From Nageia nagi (lineage: Eukaryota > Plantae > Pinophyta): DNA of 64,000 nt. Of the stretch, positions 50,258 through 64,000 are shown one piece after another. Location of the stretch: NCBI GenBank assembly GCA_050084985.1, contig JBITNC010000001.1, positions 18,538,001-18,602,000 of the forward strand. The letters run 5' to 3'. The position numbers were made by a program, and so were the translations under genes. The notes beneath the pieces are model-generated. The model was not told the origin of the DNA. It was given only the letters and a program-made list of their open reading frames with translations, and ran no database searches. Position 1 is the first letter of the stretch. Each line of letters begins with the position of its first letter.

Positions 50258-52749
50258 AGAAGGTGAAAGATAAAGCAATTTAGAATGTGGAAAGTAGTAG
50301 GTCAAAATAAGTGAAATATGATGGTTCACCTTTCGTTATTCACAAAATAAATATTAAATTACTTCCTCGATCATATATTTTCCTAAGTGACATTAGGCGC
50401 CATTAAATATACAACAAAATGAGTTTTATGTCAATATATTAATTTAATGTTTTGGGCATTTTCAATGAATTGGATGTTATTTAAGTTAATATAAATAAAC
50501 CATACCAAGAGTACCACTAATGTTAATATTGAACTGGTTTACAAAGATTTCCACAAGGGTTTGAAAATTGTGAATAGAATTAAAAGGTATTTTATAAAAA
50601 CCTTTCAAGTACATAAATAGTAAGATAATTAAGAAAAATTTGGTCTATAATATATTATCATTAATAAAAGTTATATTACATGATATTTAAAAGTCACAAT
50701 TGCAGAATGCCTAATATTCCTCACCCTTTGAAAATTGGAAATGTAGGACTACTAAGGCTTGTAAGGTCCCCTCTTAGTGTTAACACCTAAAAAGGGATTT
50801 TGAATTAATTGAAATCCCCTTTTAGGTATCTAAAGTCTATTTATTTATTAACTTAAATAAATGTTTCTTATATATAAAGTGCACATTAATCTACCTTTTG
50901 TGTTTTATGGTAACAGGTGGGTCAGCCTCACAATAAGCCCAAGAAGGTGTCTTGGCACTTACCTATTGCCTATAAAGGTGGAATTATGTGCATGGCCTTT
51001 GTAATACAACATTTTTTACTCACTTAATTGCCATAATCATCCCAACACCTTGATAGGTAGCACTTATAAGGTCTCTATGATTGGTGTTTCTTAATGCTGC
51101 CTATCAATATTGGAAATTATTATACTCTAAGAATCTTTGTGATCATTATCCCATTTGCATGAACTTTTTCAAAGATTAAAGGTATGATGATGATAACAAA
51201 TCAATAGCAAGGTCAATCTGAACATATAATGGAGCACCATTGCTAGGTTCTTGAGAGGTTTGTAGCTCCAACTTTGGGCACTGTTCATCATTTATCACCA
51301 TTTAGTTGAAAACTACCTTTGTTTATCGTCATAGGTAAGTTGTAGGTTTGTATATTTCATTTTCTAGTATCGATAGGTTAGTGTATTAAAGATATTCATT
51401 TCCTTGCTTTGTCCATCTATACAACTGTCAAGGAATTTGTTAACTTTACATTTAATCATCCATGATTTACTATATTAGGTTTATTTAATTAATTCCTTTT
51501 ATAGTAAAAATAAATGGTGAACTCGATGTCTTTTTGAAAAACCCTAAGTTATGAGTTTTTGATTTCTCTTACAATTTATCACTAATTATGCCAAAACCTT
51601 AGAATTTTGGATAGGACTAATATCAAAACTTCTAAGTTTCATAGAAATGGAGATGCCTCTTACATCACATCCAAAAAATATAGAGTATTCTCCTAACCTA
51701 ATAAAGAAAACTAGGGTATGAAAGGTCTACACAAATGAACCCAAAATTTAAAGTGAATGAATCCAAAATATTTGCTTACATGATGACTATAATAGTGCCC
51801 TAGAAGAGCATAGTCCATCACCTAAATCTTCATAACCATCCAAACATGGGGATCTACCACCCAATGCCTTAGAGGTACTAACCAAAATCTTGTCCAACCC
51901 TAATGGTAAACAATTTTTAGCTACAAAGGAATGTCTCCATCTCCTTGTCCAAAGTGTCCAAGAATTCAATATTGAAATCAAACATCTCCTAGGGTCTACT
52001 CTCAAATGTGATCTTAAGTATGCCAAGCAAAAGTAAATGATCCAACAAACACAAAATGAAATGACCTTCACATCCTATCATCAAACCTATAAATATTTCA
52101 ATCCTTTGCACATAAATTCATTAATGACCATCAATCCTAAGCCTAATAATCAAGACTTGGTACCTCCAACTCTCTATGAACCTAGAGATATTGCTAAACT
52201 CAGCACCACTGATAGGTTACCTGACCTAACCACTACCTTTGAAAATATTGGTCCTTAAGTTAGTCCTATCACATAGCCTATCATCACCCTAAATGGTTGT
52301 TACACTCCTAATGATGAAGATGAAGAAGACATAGTCAATATTAATGAAGATAAACCACCATCATAAAATACCATATCGATAAGGTGGATGGTCGAATTAG
52401 ACCTTGCTATCACATTTGGAATGAGAAGATGACCTGGTTGGTTAGATGAAGAATTTCTCATCCTTCATAAGAAACTCAAGTTTCTCAAGCTCAATCATGT
52501 TTACAACGATGTATAATTAGAATGCTAAATGACCATGGTAGGTGACATAATACGAAATCTTGAAACGGAAAAAATTCATCACTTTGGTTTATTCGTAACT
52601 ATGGCAACAAGAAAAAATCAATATATTGAAAAAACATCTCAACTGGAAAAACCAAATGATGCAATCCAAAATCAAAAATCATTGAATAAGAAAATGGATG
52701 AACAAATTAGCACCTATAGTTTCATGAGGTATAGCCAACCATTTATTTC

Positions 52750-53650
52750 AATGCATTCATAAAAAAAGGTATGATAAATAGGTAAAGTTTATTTTATTTG
52801 ATGCACAATCTGATCCTTAAATTCATTTACAAACATTTCATTTAGAAGCACATGCTATTGAACATGATAATGATTTGCTTGCCAAGTTATTTCCTTTAAG
52901 TCTTAAATTTCAATCATTTTCATGGTTTACTAGCTTACCAAATGAGAGTATCACATAGTTTGATAATGTTGTCACGCATTCTTGGATTGCTATCATCTAT
53001 TTTTCTCTCCTGATGTATATTTGAGGGAAATATACCATCTTAAATAAAATCAAGGTCAACTCATTCATGATTTCATCATTAACTGGTCTAAAATAGCTAA
53101 TAGGACCCAACTTCACTCTACCATCAAAAAACATGTCCTCCTTAGAGACCTACTCCCTTCTTGTCATCATGTCTTAGTGAACATTGAGGACTTTCCTTAT
53201 GACCAACTCATTGATGAAATAATACTTTGATAATCCTGTCACTAATTCTAAAATGTGCCTATGGACCATATGAAAAAAGTTTCATCCAACCCCATCCAAA
53301 TAAAAAAACATAAAGTCCAATTGGAACTAGAAGTCCATATGATTGCTAGGGTCAATCATGATGATATAGAGGTTTTGGAGCCCAAACCCCTCCAATAAAT
53401 GGAATTCCATGAGGATATTAGTGAGGTATTAGATGCTTTAATTACCAAAAACCTCCTCGCATAAAACCTTTGAACTATAAAACCAATCTATTTTGCAACT
53501 TCCATAGAAGAGTTGGTCATGCCATAAAAGAATGCTATCATTTGAGAAATGTGATCCAAGACTTGCATGACAAAGGTAAGTTCAAGTTTGACCATGAATT
53601 TTTAGATGATATTTTTGTAGGAACATAAGTATCAATTTGAGAAAAAGAGC
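52750..53650 (+). pseudogene. Gypsy gag remnant
   Basis: AKLFPLSLK..SWFTSLPNESIT (~52881-52955) and CYHLRNVIQDLHDKGK (~53534). Confidence 0.7.
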
Positions 53651-54269
53651 CTATTGGATGGACTCATACATCCATAAAATCGAAGGCTAACAATCTTCAA
53701 CAACCCATTCCCATAGTTTGAGAAAGGGAAAATGAATGATAGAGGGAAGAAACTATAGAAAAATACCATGAGTACACCTCATCCACCACCTCAACCTATA
53801 ATTCTAGGTATGATTTGTGATGTTGATGGTGTCTAGGCCATTATGTAAGTTTTAGTTTCCTTTCATTCATTTCTAGTGTATATTTTTTGTGTTTTTCATA
53901 TCATGCATATGTCCTTTCAAAATTGTCCCTTGTCCATCTCTTTAGCTGAGCGACACCATTGGAATCTAGTATCTCTGCTTCATTCTTGGCCTAATTTGCT
54001 AAACTATTTCTTATTTTCCTATCTTTGTTTGTCTCTTCCTGATCATTTCTTACCTCTATTTTCAACCTTATGTTTGTTTTAGCTTAATTTCATCAAATTG
54101 GTTCATTAAGTGTGTTTGTTTATTTTTGCACTTAAAATTAAAAAATGCACACATCCATCAAAATTTGAAACTCACATGTCATCCATAAAATTTTGTATAT
54201 ATATATATATATATATATCATCAAAATTTTATAAAAAGTACATGGATTTCTAATAGGCCTCATACAATT

Positions 54270-55955
54270 AGTTCCCACCTCGAGAACTCTAAGCCACAGA
54301 TGACTCCCTAGTCCTTGGCCTAGAGCTGGACCTAACTCTAGATCTTGATTGGTATCGATTGGTAGACACTTGCATCTATGTTAGCAACTGATCCTTCACC
54401 ATAATTATGTCCTCTAGCCTCGTGATATATGCATCCTACATCATATGCAAGAGGGCTTGCAAAGTATTTATCTAACCTTGAAGGATGCTAATATGTGCAT
54501 CTCTCATAGCCACTTGCACCTTAAGTGCATTGATATCTATCTTCATCTCTACACAACCAACCAATCTCATATTAGCCTCTATGTGACCACAAAATCTTGC
54601 TAAAAACATAAAACACATAAACCGCACTTCTTTCTTACCTACCACATCTAGGTTGGGGGCAACATCTTCAATAATTGAGGTCCCTGCTAGAGGTGATGTA
54701 GGAGGCATGCCCATATCCATGGGCTCATATGCTATATCCTACTCCTTTTCCTTCTCCTCCTTCTCTTCTTCCTCTTCCTCTCCTCCCTTCTTATCCTCGA
54801 GGCCCAATGGAAAGGACCTCACTATCTCCCACCATCATTGATAATTTGGGGTGTGCACATGATGGGGTGTGGGAATGTTGGGAGCATGATCCTCAAGCTC
54901 ATCCCAATAGGCACTCCATGTTGGCACTAACATGAACCTTGGTGGGATCCCCTTATACCTATAATATCTAGCCATAGCTAGCCACATCCTAGGCATTGGC
55001 ACATCCTAAGACATGCTAAAATATTGTAGCACTCATTCTAGGTAGTAGAACTCTGTAATTTTCTTGATTCCTTGGATATGACATGGATTCATGCTCTATG
55101 ATAGCTCATAATTTATATTTGATCATCTAGGCAAGTCAAAATATGGATCCTAAATCAGGTCTTGCTCATCAACATGATCAATTTATCATCGATATTGCTC
55201 TAAACTCTGAGTAGCTACCACCCTCTACTCTATCTACCACCTAAACCATCTAAGCATGTTTGCATGGATCATCATTGGTAGATATGTGTAAGCCACACTA
55301 ATATGCTCACATGCCCACTCTTGAAGCATGAAAGAATGAGCCATCGACTTCTCCCCCTCTTCACAGACACAAAGCTATGAAGATATTTATACAACAATGA
55401 TAAAATGCATCGAGCCCATGCATACCTCTCTCCCTGAATGCATATCCCTTAGATAATGGGGATATACCTCATGTGAAAATACTCATGGTTCTTATCACTA
55501 AAAAGGATTGTATCAATATTTAGCTGAAACTATTGAGTGAGGTCCTGATCCTCGACTAGCATGTACACTATATCATGAAGGGGTACCCCCTTCTTTTGTT
55601 GCTGGTAGTCTCCCATACACTGATCAAATAGTAGCAATACTCCTTCATCTTGTTCATACTCAATGTAGCCCTCTCAATCAAGGTACCCTTCATAGGCACC
55701 TGTAAGATCCTATGAATGTCTGCCAAAGTGATGGTAATTTCACATGTGGGCAGGTGAAATGTGTTGGTGTCATCACACCAATGATCCATCAATGCTATTA
55801 GGAAGTATTTTTCACATGTAATACATGAAAATCCTCATAAGTGGCCAATTCCTAAATCATATAATCACCCCCTCTCTACTGGTGTCAAGTGGTAATCTCC
55901 TACCATGCCCATAGTTGGGCTCCATGGATCACATCTCATCAAGTAGGCCCTATCC
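54270..55955 (-). pseudogene. Antisense Plant Mobile Domain (PMD, aminotransferase-like) ORF, decayed
   Basis: ALMDHWCDDTNTFHLPTCEITITLADIHRILQVPMKG matches the PMD core motif, followed by an acidic and coiled-coil-like C-terminal remnant. Confidence 0.8.
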
Positions 55956-57314
55956 TGCATCCATGTACAAAAAATAAGTAAATGTTAGTAATAAGATCAT
56001 AAAAACATCAAACTAAAAAGCATGTCAAATATCAAATTTGCATTTTCTATCCTAAAATAGTCTAAACAACATCAATTTCAAAAATTTCTAATCCTAGCAT
56101 ACTCTAAAAATTGTACAAAATACAAAAATTAAGTTTGCCTAAAAAATTTTAACCCAATGGTGACACTGGAATCTAGTGGCTTCGCTTAGTTAAACATACA
56201 ATTATCTCCTAAAAATTGAAATCCATCTCCCAAAGTCCCATTTTTATGGTAAAAATATCATTAAATTTTGTCCATGCATGCTAAAACTTACCTCTACATT
56301 TTTAACCCCCTAGTTTCAAAAATTTTGCAAAATTAAATAAAACTAAGCTAATTTGCAAATTCAATACATCAAAAGTATCTTAAATTGCACAAGAATGAAC
56401 AAAATGAGATTTTTTTGGGTACCTAATGGCCCTCCAATGATGAACAAACAATCAGAGCCCTATGGTCCTATAGGGAAGTAATCTATGTTGACATTCTCAC
56501 TATCTAATCTGCCAAACACCTCTAGCAAGCTCAAATATCTCTCACCTATCTCAAATTCACTCCTATCACCCTTTGGCCCCCTTTTTGATCCAAATCATCA
56601 CTTTGTTGATCCAAATCTTCATTCTAATCCACCTTTCATCATATACATCCAAAATAGTCACCTATGGCCAAAACTAGATCTCAAAAATCTTGTAGTAACC
56701 CAATGCCATTGCTCACTTTATAGCATTACCGTTGGGTTTAGGATATAAAAAATAGTCTAATTTTTTATATTTTCCTATCAATTGGTCTTCATGTTGCAAA
56801 AAGTATTTTCATTTTTCTCTTTGGTATCAAAAATGTTAAAAAACCCTCTTGGGGTATCTAGGTCCACTAAAACAACCCTGATGAATTAAAATTATCACTT
56901 TCTTATCTCCTCTTAGCTATATCAACCCTCTTTTTCTTGTTTTTAGGCCTCACTTGATCATTTCAAATCAAAATGGTTTTGAAAAATTCACCTTAATCAA
57001 GCATTATCGCTCACTTCCTAGCAACGTCGCTCATCTCAGAAAAGAAAAAATTGAACTATTTTCCGTTTCAATGTTCCATGAGGTCTAATTCCATAAAAAA
57101 TTACATTATTATCCATGTTTAATCACTTAATGTCATTGTTTACATCGTTTATGCATTATTATCAAAAAATTTAAAAAAATAATGTTTTTTTATCAAAATT
57201 GCAAAATCGTTAACATATTTGCTTTCATATCTGTTGTCTGCACTTATCATTTCATCAAAAGCATTATCTAATATCCTATCATAAACACTATTCACATCAG
57301 CACTATTATCTATT

Positions 57315-60300
57315 TGTTGGAATTGTATAATGCATTATTGTAAAGGTTTTGTAATAATCTTCTATGTAATTTCACTAATACTTAAGATGTTATTTGATAC
57401 CTTAAGTATTTAAGTGAATATGATAATGTAACTTGTCCTACACTCCATGTCATGAGTATGCCCCTTGGGTAAAAGGATGTGTATGTCATACTTTTGTACA
57501 ATGGATCAAAGGATGATCCAAAGAGGGATTTTGGCCTATAAATAGAAGGCTCCCTCTTTGTGATTACACATCAATTTGTGGAGTAAAGTTGTGCTAGAGG
57601 ATAGTGTTTAGGAGTTGAGATTAAGAGGATTATAAGAGAGTTGTATTTGTGATTGAAGTAAAGATTTAGTTTATGGACATACTCCTAGTTGGAGGAACCA
57701 CTTACATCTTATGTTATCTTTGTGATATTGCTTTGTGAGTTTGTTAGATGTGTATTGTGAGCTTTCATATGATCTTAGGAGTTTAGAGTTGTTCATGTTA
57801 TAGTTCAATTATCACATTTGGTAATAGAGTAGTGCCAAAAGACACATAAGAGTTCTTCACACATGGATAACTAAATAGTGCTATATTGGCCAAAAATTTT
57901 GCTTTTAAAATTTTAGATAATAAGTTCCTCATGCAGAGTGAACTTACCATGAAGGTGTATAACAAAATCAACACTATACAAAATAAAATCCTCCTAAGGA
58001 TGAAGTTATTATCACAAACATGAATTCAACACAAAAAATAAATGTTAATTTTAACACAAAATACATGCATGATTTGATTCACAAATACAAATATTTTACA
58101 ACTCAAATAATCCATGTACCCAAATACTTTTCTCATCTCAAGAACCGTAGATGTAGAGTGACATTGTTGAGGCTTATTTTCTTGTTTAAAATTAGACCTT
58201 CACCTAGATGCCCACATAAGAAGAGCCTAAGTACTACCAATTCTCAACTAGTTTACCTTGGTCAATTTTATACTCTCATAAGGAGAAGTACCTACTATTT
58301 TTCAAGTTTATGATGTTTATTGGATCGACCAAATTGTTAATTTTGATTAGGTTTCAAGTTATGCTCTTAGGTTATCAAGATAATCCCTAAATGGATGTGC
58401 GAACATGTGGTATCACTACACAAATGCCTGTCCACCTATTGGAGTTATGTTTAGATCAATAGAGGAATTAGGATCAATTGAGAAGTATGAACTTTTCATC
58501 ATTTGGATCATCAAACTTAAAAGCTCTAGTCCACCTGTCCTTACCTCATGGCTCCCTAAACAAGTCATGTTGCAGAATGTATGTGTGGATGTGTTCATTT
58601 TAGGGGGTTTCTCATATCAATGTTTACATTTTGTTTACATAATCAAATAAAGAAAAAAATGAAACATGAAGTAAAGAGCATAAATAAAACATCATCCATT
58701 TAAAATTTGGAACCTTAAGAGTTAAATGGGTTTTGTTTACCAACTCCTAAAGGACATTTTTACATAGGTACATAATTTGCACAAGTCCATTATCTTTGCA
58801 TAAGGATAAATACTTATCATGCATTATTTTTATAGCTTAAGAAAATTTAAGTATGCATTGTTTAACTTAAAAAGAAGCATGCAACATTCCATACTTTAAG
58901 TAGCATGCATCATTTCATAGCTTAAAAATTAAGTAAGAATTGAACTATAACATGAACAACTCTAAACTCTTAAGATCACATGAAAGCTCATAATACACAT
59001 CTAACAAACTCACAAAGCAATCTCATAAAGATAACATAATATGTAAGTGGTTCCTCTAACTAGAAGTACATCCACTAACTAGATCTTTACTTCAATCACA
59101 AATACAACTCTCTTACAATCCTCCTAATCTCAACTCGTAAACACTATCCTCTAGCACAACTTTACTCCACAAATTGATGTGTAATCACAAAGAGGGAGAT
59201 TTTTATTTATAGGCCAAAATCCCTCTTTAGAGCATCCTTTTATCCAATATACAAAAGCATTACATGCACATCCTTTTACGCAAGGGGCATGCTCATGACA
59301 TGGAGTGTAGGACAAGTTACATTATCATATTCACTTAAATACTTAAGGTATCAAATGACACCTTAAGTATTAGTGAACTTACATAGAAGATTATTACAAA
59401 ACCTTTACAATAATGCATCATACATTCCAACACTCCCCCTTAATGTAATATTGGGATAGAGCAAATAAAAGAGAAGAAAGAGAGAAAGTAAAAGAGTTCT
59501 TCTCCAAACAAATACAACGAAGATGAGAACTTTTTACATATTTGTGAAGTAAGAAAGGTCTAGTTTGAGACTCACTACTTTGCTAAATACAATTATTAAC
59601 CACAATTGGTTTCAATGTACATCAAGTAGTCATCCAACTGGAAGTCATGAAAAATCTCCAAGAGCTTGCATACGTAAGGTAAAAACCTAAAATATCAAAG
59701 GAACCTGCAAGTCATAAGCAGATCAAATAACAAGATCAATTAGATGCAACATATTCATCTCATCAAGGATATATGAATCACACAAATGCCATCATGAACT
59801 AATCAATGGTGCACTATAAGTCATCATGAAGATGCCATGCCAAAAACTCATAGTCACCTGCTATATATAATACATGTGTTGATTATCATTACAAAATAAA
59901 GCATGCACATACGAGTTCCTCACATATGAATAACTAAATAGTTCCAAAAAAGACATAATATTTCTTCACACATGGATAACTGAATAGTGCTATATTGGCC
60001 AATCTTTTTGCTTTTAAAATTTTGTACAAGTTTTTCATGCAAAGTGAACTTACCACAAAGGTGTACAATAAAATCAACACTATACAACATAAAATCCTCC
60101 TAAAGGTGAAGTTATCATCACAAACATGAATTCAATACAAGAATTCAAACTTCACTATTTCATATTGCAAAAACTACACCATGATTATTTATGCTTACTT
60201 GTTGTTATCATCCTAACATCATTGGCTTCCTTTCTCAAGGGGCACTCTTAGCAACAAAATCCATGGAAACATAGTAGCTTGTGAAAATGAGCTTATCATC

Positions 60301-60600
60301 CTATTATCATTGGTTTCCTTTCTCAAGAGGCACTCTTAGCAGCAAAATTCCATGGCAATATGGTAACTTGGGAAACTAAGTTAGGTAAAACATCCAACTA
60401 TCATTGCTTTCATCCTTCTTGGTGGGAAATGACCCAAGAATAGGTGTGTAATCATCGACAAAATTCCATGGCAACATGGTGTCTTGGGGTAACCAAGCTA
60501 GGTCAAATATCCAATCATCATCAATATCTTCATTCTTGGTTTCATTATTCTTTACTTTGGATTGCTCTATGAGGCATCCCACTTCATTTCGAAACCAAGT
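57315..60600. mobile_element. Rearranged non-autonomous relatives of the intact Copia, with inverted LTRs
   Basis: LTR(+) at 57315-57816 with a degenerate PBS at 57819-57829. LTR(-) at ~58932-59432 with a PPT at 59433. 58040-58930 is homologous to 46440-47240, 59433-60150 to 41289-42480, and 57830-58040 repeats 59940-60140. Confidence 0.82.
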
Positions 60601-63600
60601 CAAATAGAGGGCATAACATCAACTCTAAATATTTTTCTTGAATATATTGTGAATTATGTTTTGAGTCCCTTTCAAATCATATTCAAAGTGGGGCATATAT
60701 TAACATCTAAAAAGGGATTTTGAATTAATCAAAATCCCCTTTTAGGTATCTAAAGTCTATTTATTTATTTACTTAAATAAATGTTTAATATATATAAAAG
60801 TGCACATTAATCTACCTTTTGTGTTTTATGGTAATAGGTGAGTCAACCTCACAATAAGCCCAAGAAGATGTCTTAACACTAACTTGTTGCCTATAAAGGT
60901 GGAAGTATGTGCATGGCCTTTGTAAGACAACATTTTTTACTCTCGCCATTGCCATCATCATCCCAACACCTTGATAAGAGGCACTTCTAAAGTTTTTAAA
61001 ATTGGTGTTTCTTAATGCTACCTATCAATATTAGAAATTATTATACTCTGAGCATCTTTGTGATCATTATCCCATTCATAGACACTTTTTTGAAGATCAA
61101 AGGTTTGAAAATGATAATGAATCAAAAGCATGGTCAATTTGAACATATAATGGAGTTCCACCATTAGGTTTTAAGCATCATTGCTAGGTTCTTGAGAGGT
61201 TCGTAGCTCCAACTTTGGGCACTATTCATCATTCATCACTATTCGATCAAAAATTGCTTTCATTCTTCATCATAGGTAAGTCACATGTTTGTATCTTCAT
61301 TTTCCAGTATTGATAGGTTAGTGTCTTAAAGACCTTCATTTAATCGCTTTGTCCATCTATACAACTATCAAGGAATTTGTTAAATTTACATTTAATCATC
61401 CATAATTTATCGTATTAGGTTTATTTAATTAATTCCTTTTACAATAGAAACAGTTAGGTTTGCAAATCCAAATTCTATTAACTCAAAAGTTCATGTATTA
61501 CATCAATACAACATTCATAAATAGAGGAAAAAGTGGCCTATCACTTCACCTTTCTCAAAAGACTCCTTAACTACTTAAAGACTTTACAAATTCATCTTAA
61601 TATGACCTTTGGAATTCCCCCAACACACAAATCTAAAAATACATAAATATAAAATAATTTCTCACATCTACACACTTATAACATCTAAATCTAATTATTT
61701 ACATTCAACCTTAATCCTTAAGGATTAGGTTTCCAACATCCCCCATTAATCCGAAAGTGATTAAGAAAGAAATAAAAATATGTGCCTCAAGATGTGTAGA
61801 ACATTCTTTAGCAACTAAAAAATAAGCATTCTCTTCAAAAGGTCCAACTCAAGGATTAATCCCAAGTTCCCCCTTTAATCTGATGGGATCAATTACAACC
61901 TAAGTACTCATAAGTTTTGTTATTACAATATGTAAAAATGGTATGAGCAAAATCAAAAACATTGTCTTTATAGGCCACCTTGTATTTATCTTTATTATGC
62001 TCCCTCTTTTATTTAATCTTTTCCCATGGTGCTCGAAATTTTTTAGCATTATGACCTTTTTGCTCACAATGATCACAAAAAGAAATAGTCTTCTTATTTT
62101 GATTTTGTGTATTCCCCTTTTATTTCTTCTTTGATTTTCCTTTTGAGCTACCTTCTTCTTTAGGAGAATCTTGAGAATGATTCTTCCACCTTTGAGCAAT
62201 ACAAAGAGTTTCACTATCCAACTTCTTTCCAAAAGCCTTTTCCTGTTCAACAATTCTCACAACCAAAAGATCAAATGTAAGAGACTTCAAATACACAACT
62301 AAGTAATTAATGCAACCATCAAACAACTTTTTCCTCCTTAGTAATAATAATACATAGATTTTTCTTGAAATTTCTTCATATTCAACATGAAACAACCAAC
62401 TCTATTGCATGGAAAGAAGGGCAGATCTACAACTTAGGTTATGATGGCATTGCTATCAGAACACTAGCCATGAAAACAACCCAACATCTACCACCAAAAA
62501 ACACATACAAAAGGAAGAAGAAGAACAATTTCACCCATGAAGAAAAATATTGAAAAACCCCATGAACAACAAAAGAAACAAATAGTGGCAGCCTCTAAAA
62601 ACTTCAATGTAAGAATTTAATAGAAATGGGTATCCAAAACTTTTCATAGAACTGAAAATGAATAACCATACTAAAAGTTAATGCACAAAATGGAATATTG
62701 GATTCTACTCAAATTTGCAAGAAGAAACTCACATGGGAAGTCAAAAATGCACCAAACTTTGATACCACTATAAGGCCCACTCTTTGGTTTGCAAATCCAA
62801 ATTCTTTTAACTCCAAAATTCATGTATTACATCAATTCAACATTCATAAATAGAAGAAAAAGTGGCTTATCACTTAACCTTCCTCAAGAGAATCTTTAAC
62901 TACCTAAAGGCTTTACAACTTCATCTTACCATGACCTTTGGAATTCCTCCAACACACAAATCCAAAAATACATAAATATAAAATACTTTCTCACACCTAA
63001 ATACTTATAACACCTAAATCTAATTATTTACATTCAACCTTAATTCCTAAGGATTAGGTTTCCAACAAGGTTATAGGGAAGGGAATAGTGCAAGATCTCA
63101 TGAGATATTGGACTAATCATTAGGCTACTATAATCAAACTAATCATTTTTAAAAGTGTTAGGAATATTTTAAAGTTTTTCTTATAATTAATTGATTTTAC
63201 CTAAATGCTATTATGAAATAGACTAAGACTAAATTTAGGATTGAAGATTAAGCATTTATAAGTTTGGGAATTATTAGAAGAATGATAGTAAATATTGTAA
63301 TATTTTTATGTACATATTGGTATATTAATATATGTTGATAAACTACTATAATAATTTATAGAATTGTTATAATGGTTATGGGAAAGATGATTGGTATGGG
63401 ATGAGTTCAAATCTACTAAGTAATTTGTAGACACCTAAAAATGATTTTCTATTTATAATAAAATCATATTTATGGCATCTAAATGAAATATTATTTAAAT
63501 TATGTAAATATCAAGACTAATGTGCTAATCTCTTACTAATCATATGCTAATCAAGGCTAATATCCCTTAATTATAATTATATATAGAATTATCTTGAGAT

Positions 63601-64000
63601 TATCAATATTATCTTATTTTTATTGGAATTTTAGCTAATACTCTTCTTTTTATTTTGCAAGGTATAAAAGGAGGAGGAAGTCATGGCCTTTCCTATTAGA
63701 TATAATTGTGATAGGTTGACTAGGACAATACCATGTATCTTCCTTAGTTCTTCTAAGTGCATCTATCAGACTTGGATCTATTACACACTTCAATTCTTTA
63801 ATGCTTTTACTTTATGCACATTTATTTATTTTCTAAATACAACATCATTGAAGATAATACTCATTGTTATAAGAATGTTGAAGTTCCTATTTTGAAGTGA
63901 AAAGGGCATTAGATACAAGAGATAACAATCCTAGATATGAGGCTTTGTATATCCATACTTTGTTCATTACAAATCTGGTCCAATCCATAGTTATTGAAGA

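Larger units (their letters stand above)
50778..61452 (+). mobile_element. Decayed pol-less non-chromovirus Gypsy (Tat/Ogre/Athila-like) element
   Basis: ~740-bp LTRs at 50778-~51512 and 60698-61452. TSD CTTAG/GTTAG, PBS TGGTGAACTCGATGT at 51515-51529 (tRNA-Trp-like after CpG decay), PPT aaagtggggca at ~60685-60695. Confidence 0.82.
50760..63067 (-). mobile_element. Small non-autonomous Copia-type element (~1.6 kb native length) split by a nested Gypsy
   Basis: ~300-bp LTRs at 62769-63067 and 50760-50777 + 61458-61738. TSD AGGCT/AGGTT, degenerate Met PBS at ~62756-62767, PPT at 61739, gag and zinc-knuckle remnant at 61900-62400. Confidence 0.8.

Noticed and set aside
50117-50329. ORF spanning the N run
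   Set aside because: Artifact of the assembly gap.

Overview
AT-rich, repeat-dense land-plant nuclear DNA, probably a conifer or other gymnosperm (inferred from the long TE-filled introns and the TE types). It has one 100-N scaffold gap at 50158-50257. The only host gene is a minus-strand FolC-family dihydrofolate synthetase (DHFS/GLA1-like). Its exons 1-7 lie between 22926 and 4772 and its 3' exons lie left of the window. Its introns hold a hAT remnant, a Copia remnant and a full-length chromovirus. Upstream of the gene are a decayed L1 LINE, a large hAT-like element that appears to carry a second spliced gene plus tandem arrays, and a decayed chromovirus pol. Next is a very young intact Ty1/Copia element (40792-49982) with identical 497-bp LTRs, a perfect TSD and a 1306-aa gag-pol. 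After the gap is a nested stack: a small Copia-type non-autonomous element contains a pol-less Gypsy with an antisense Plant Mobile Domain ORF, which in turn contains rearranged ORF-less relatives of the intact Copia. The most notable signal is the non-coding RNA architecture of the intact Copia: a 3'-UTR array of 11 double-hairpin units with compensatory base changes, a structured leader kept in ORF-less relatives, and element-encoded sequences complementary to its own primer-binding site. All comparisons were made by eye.
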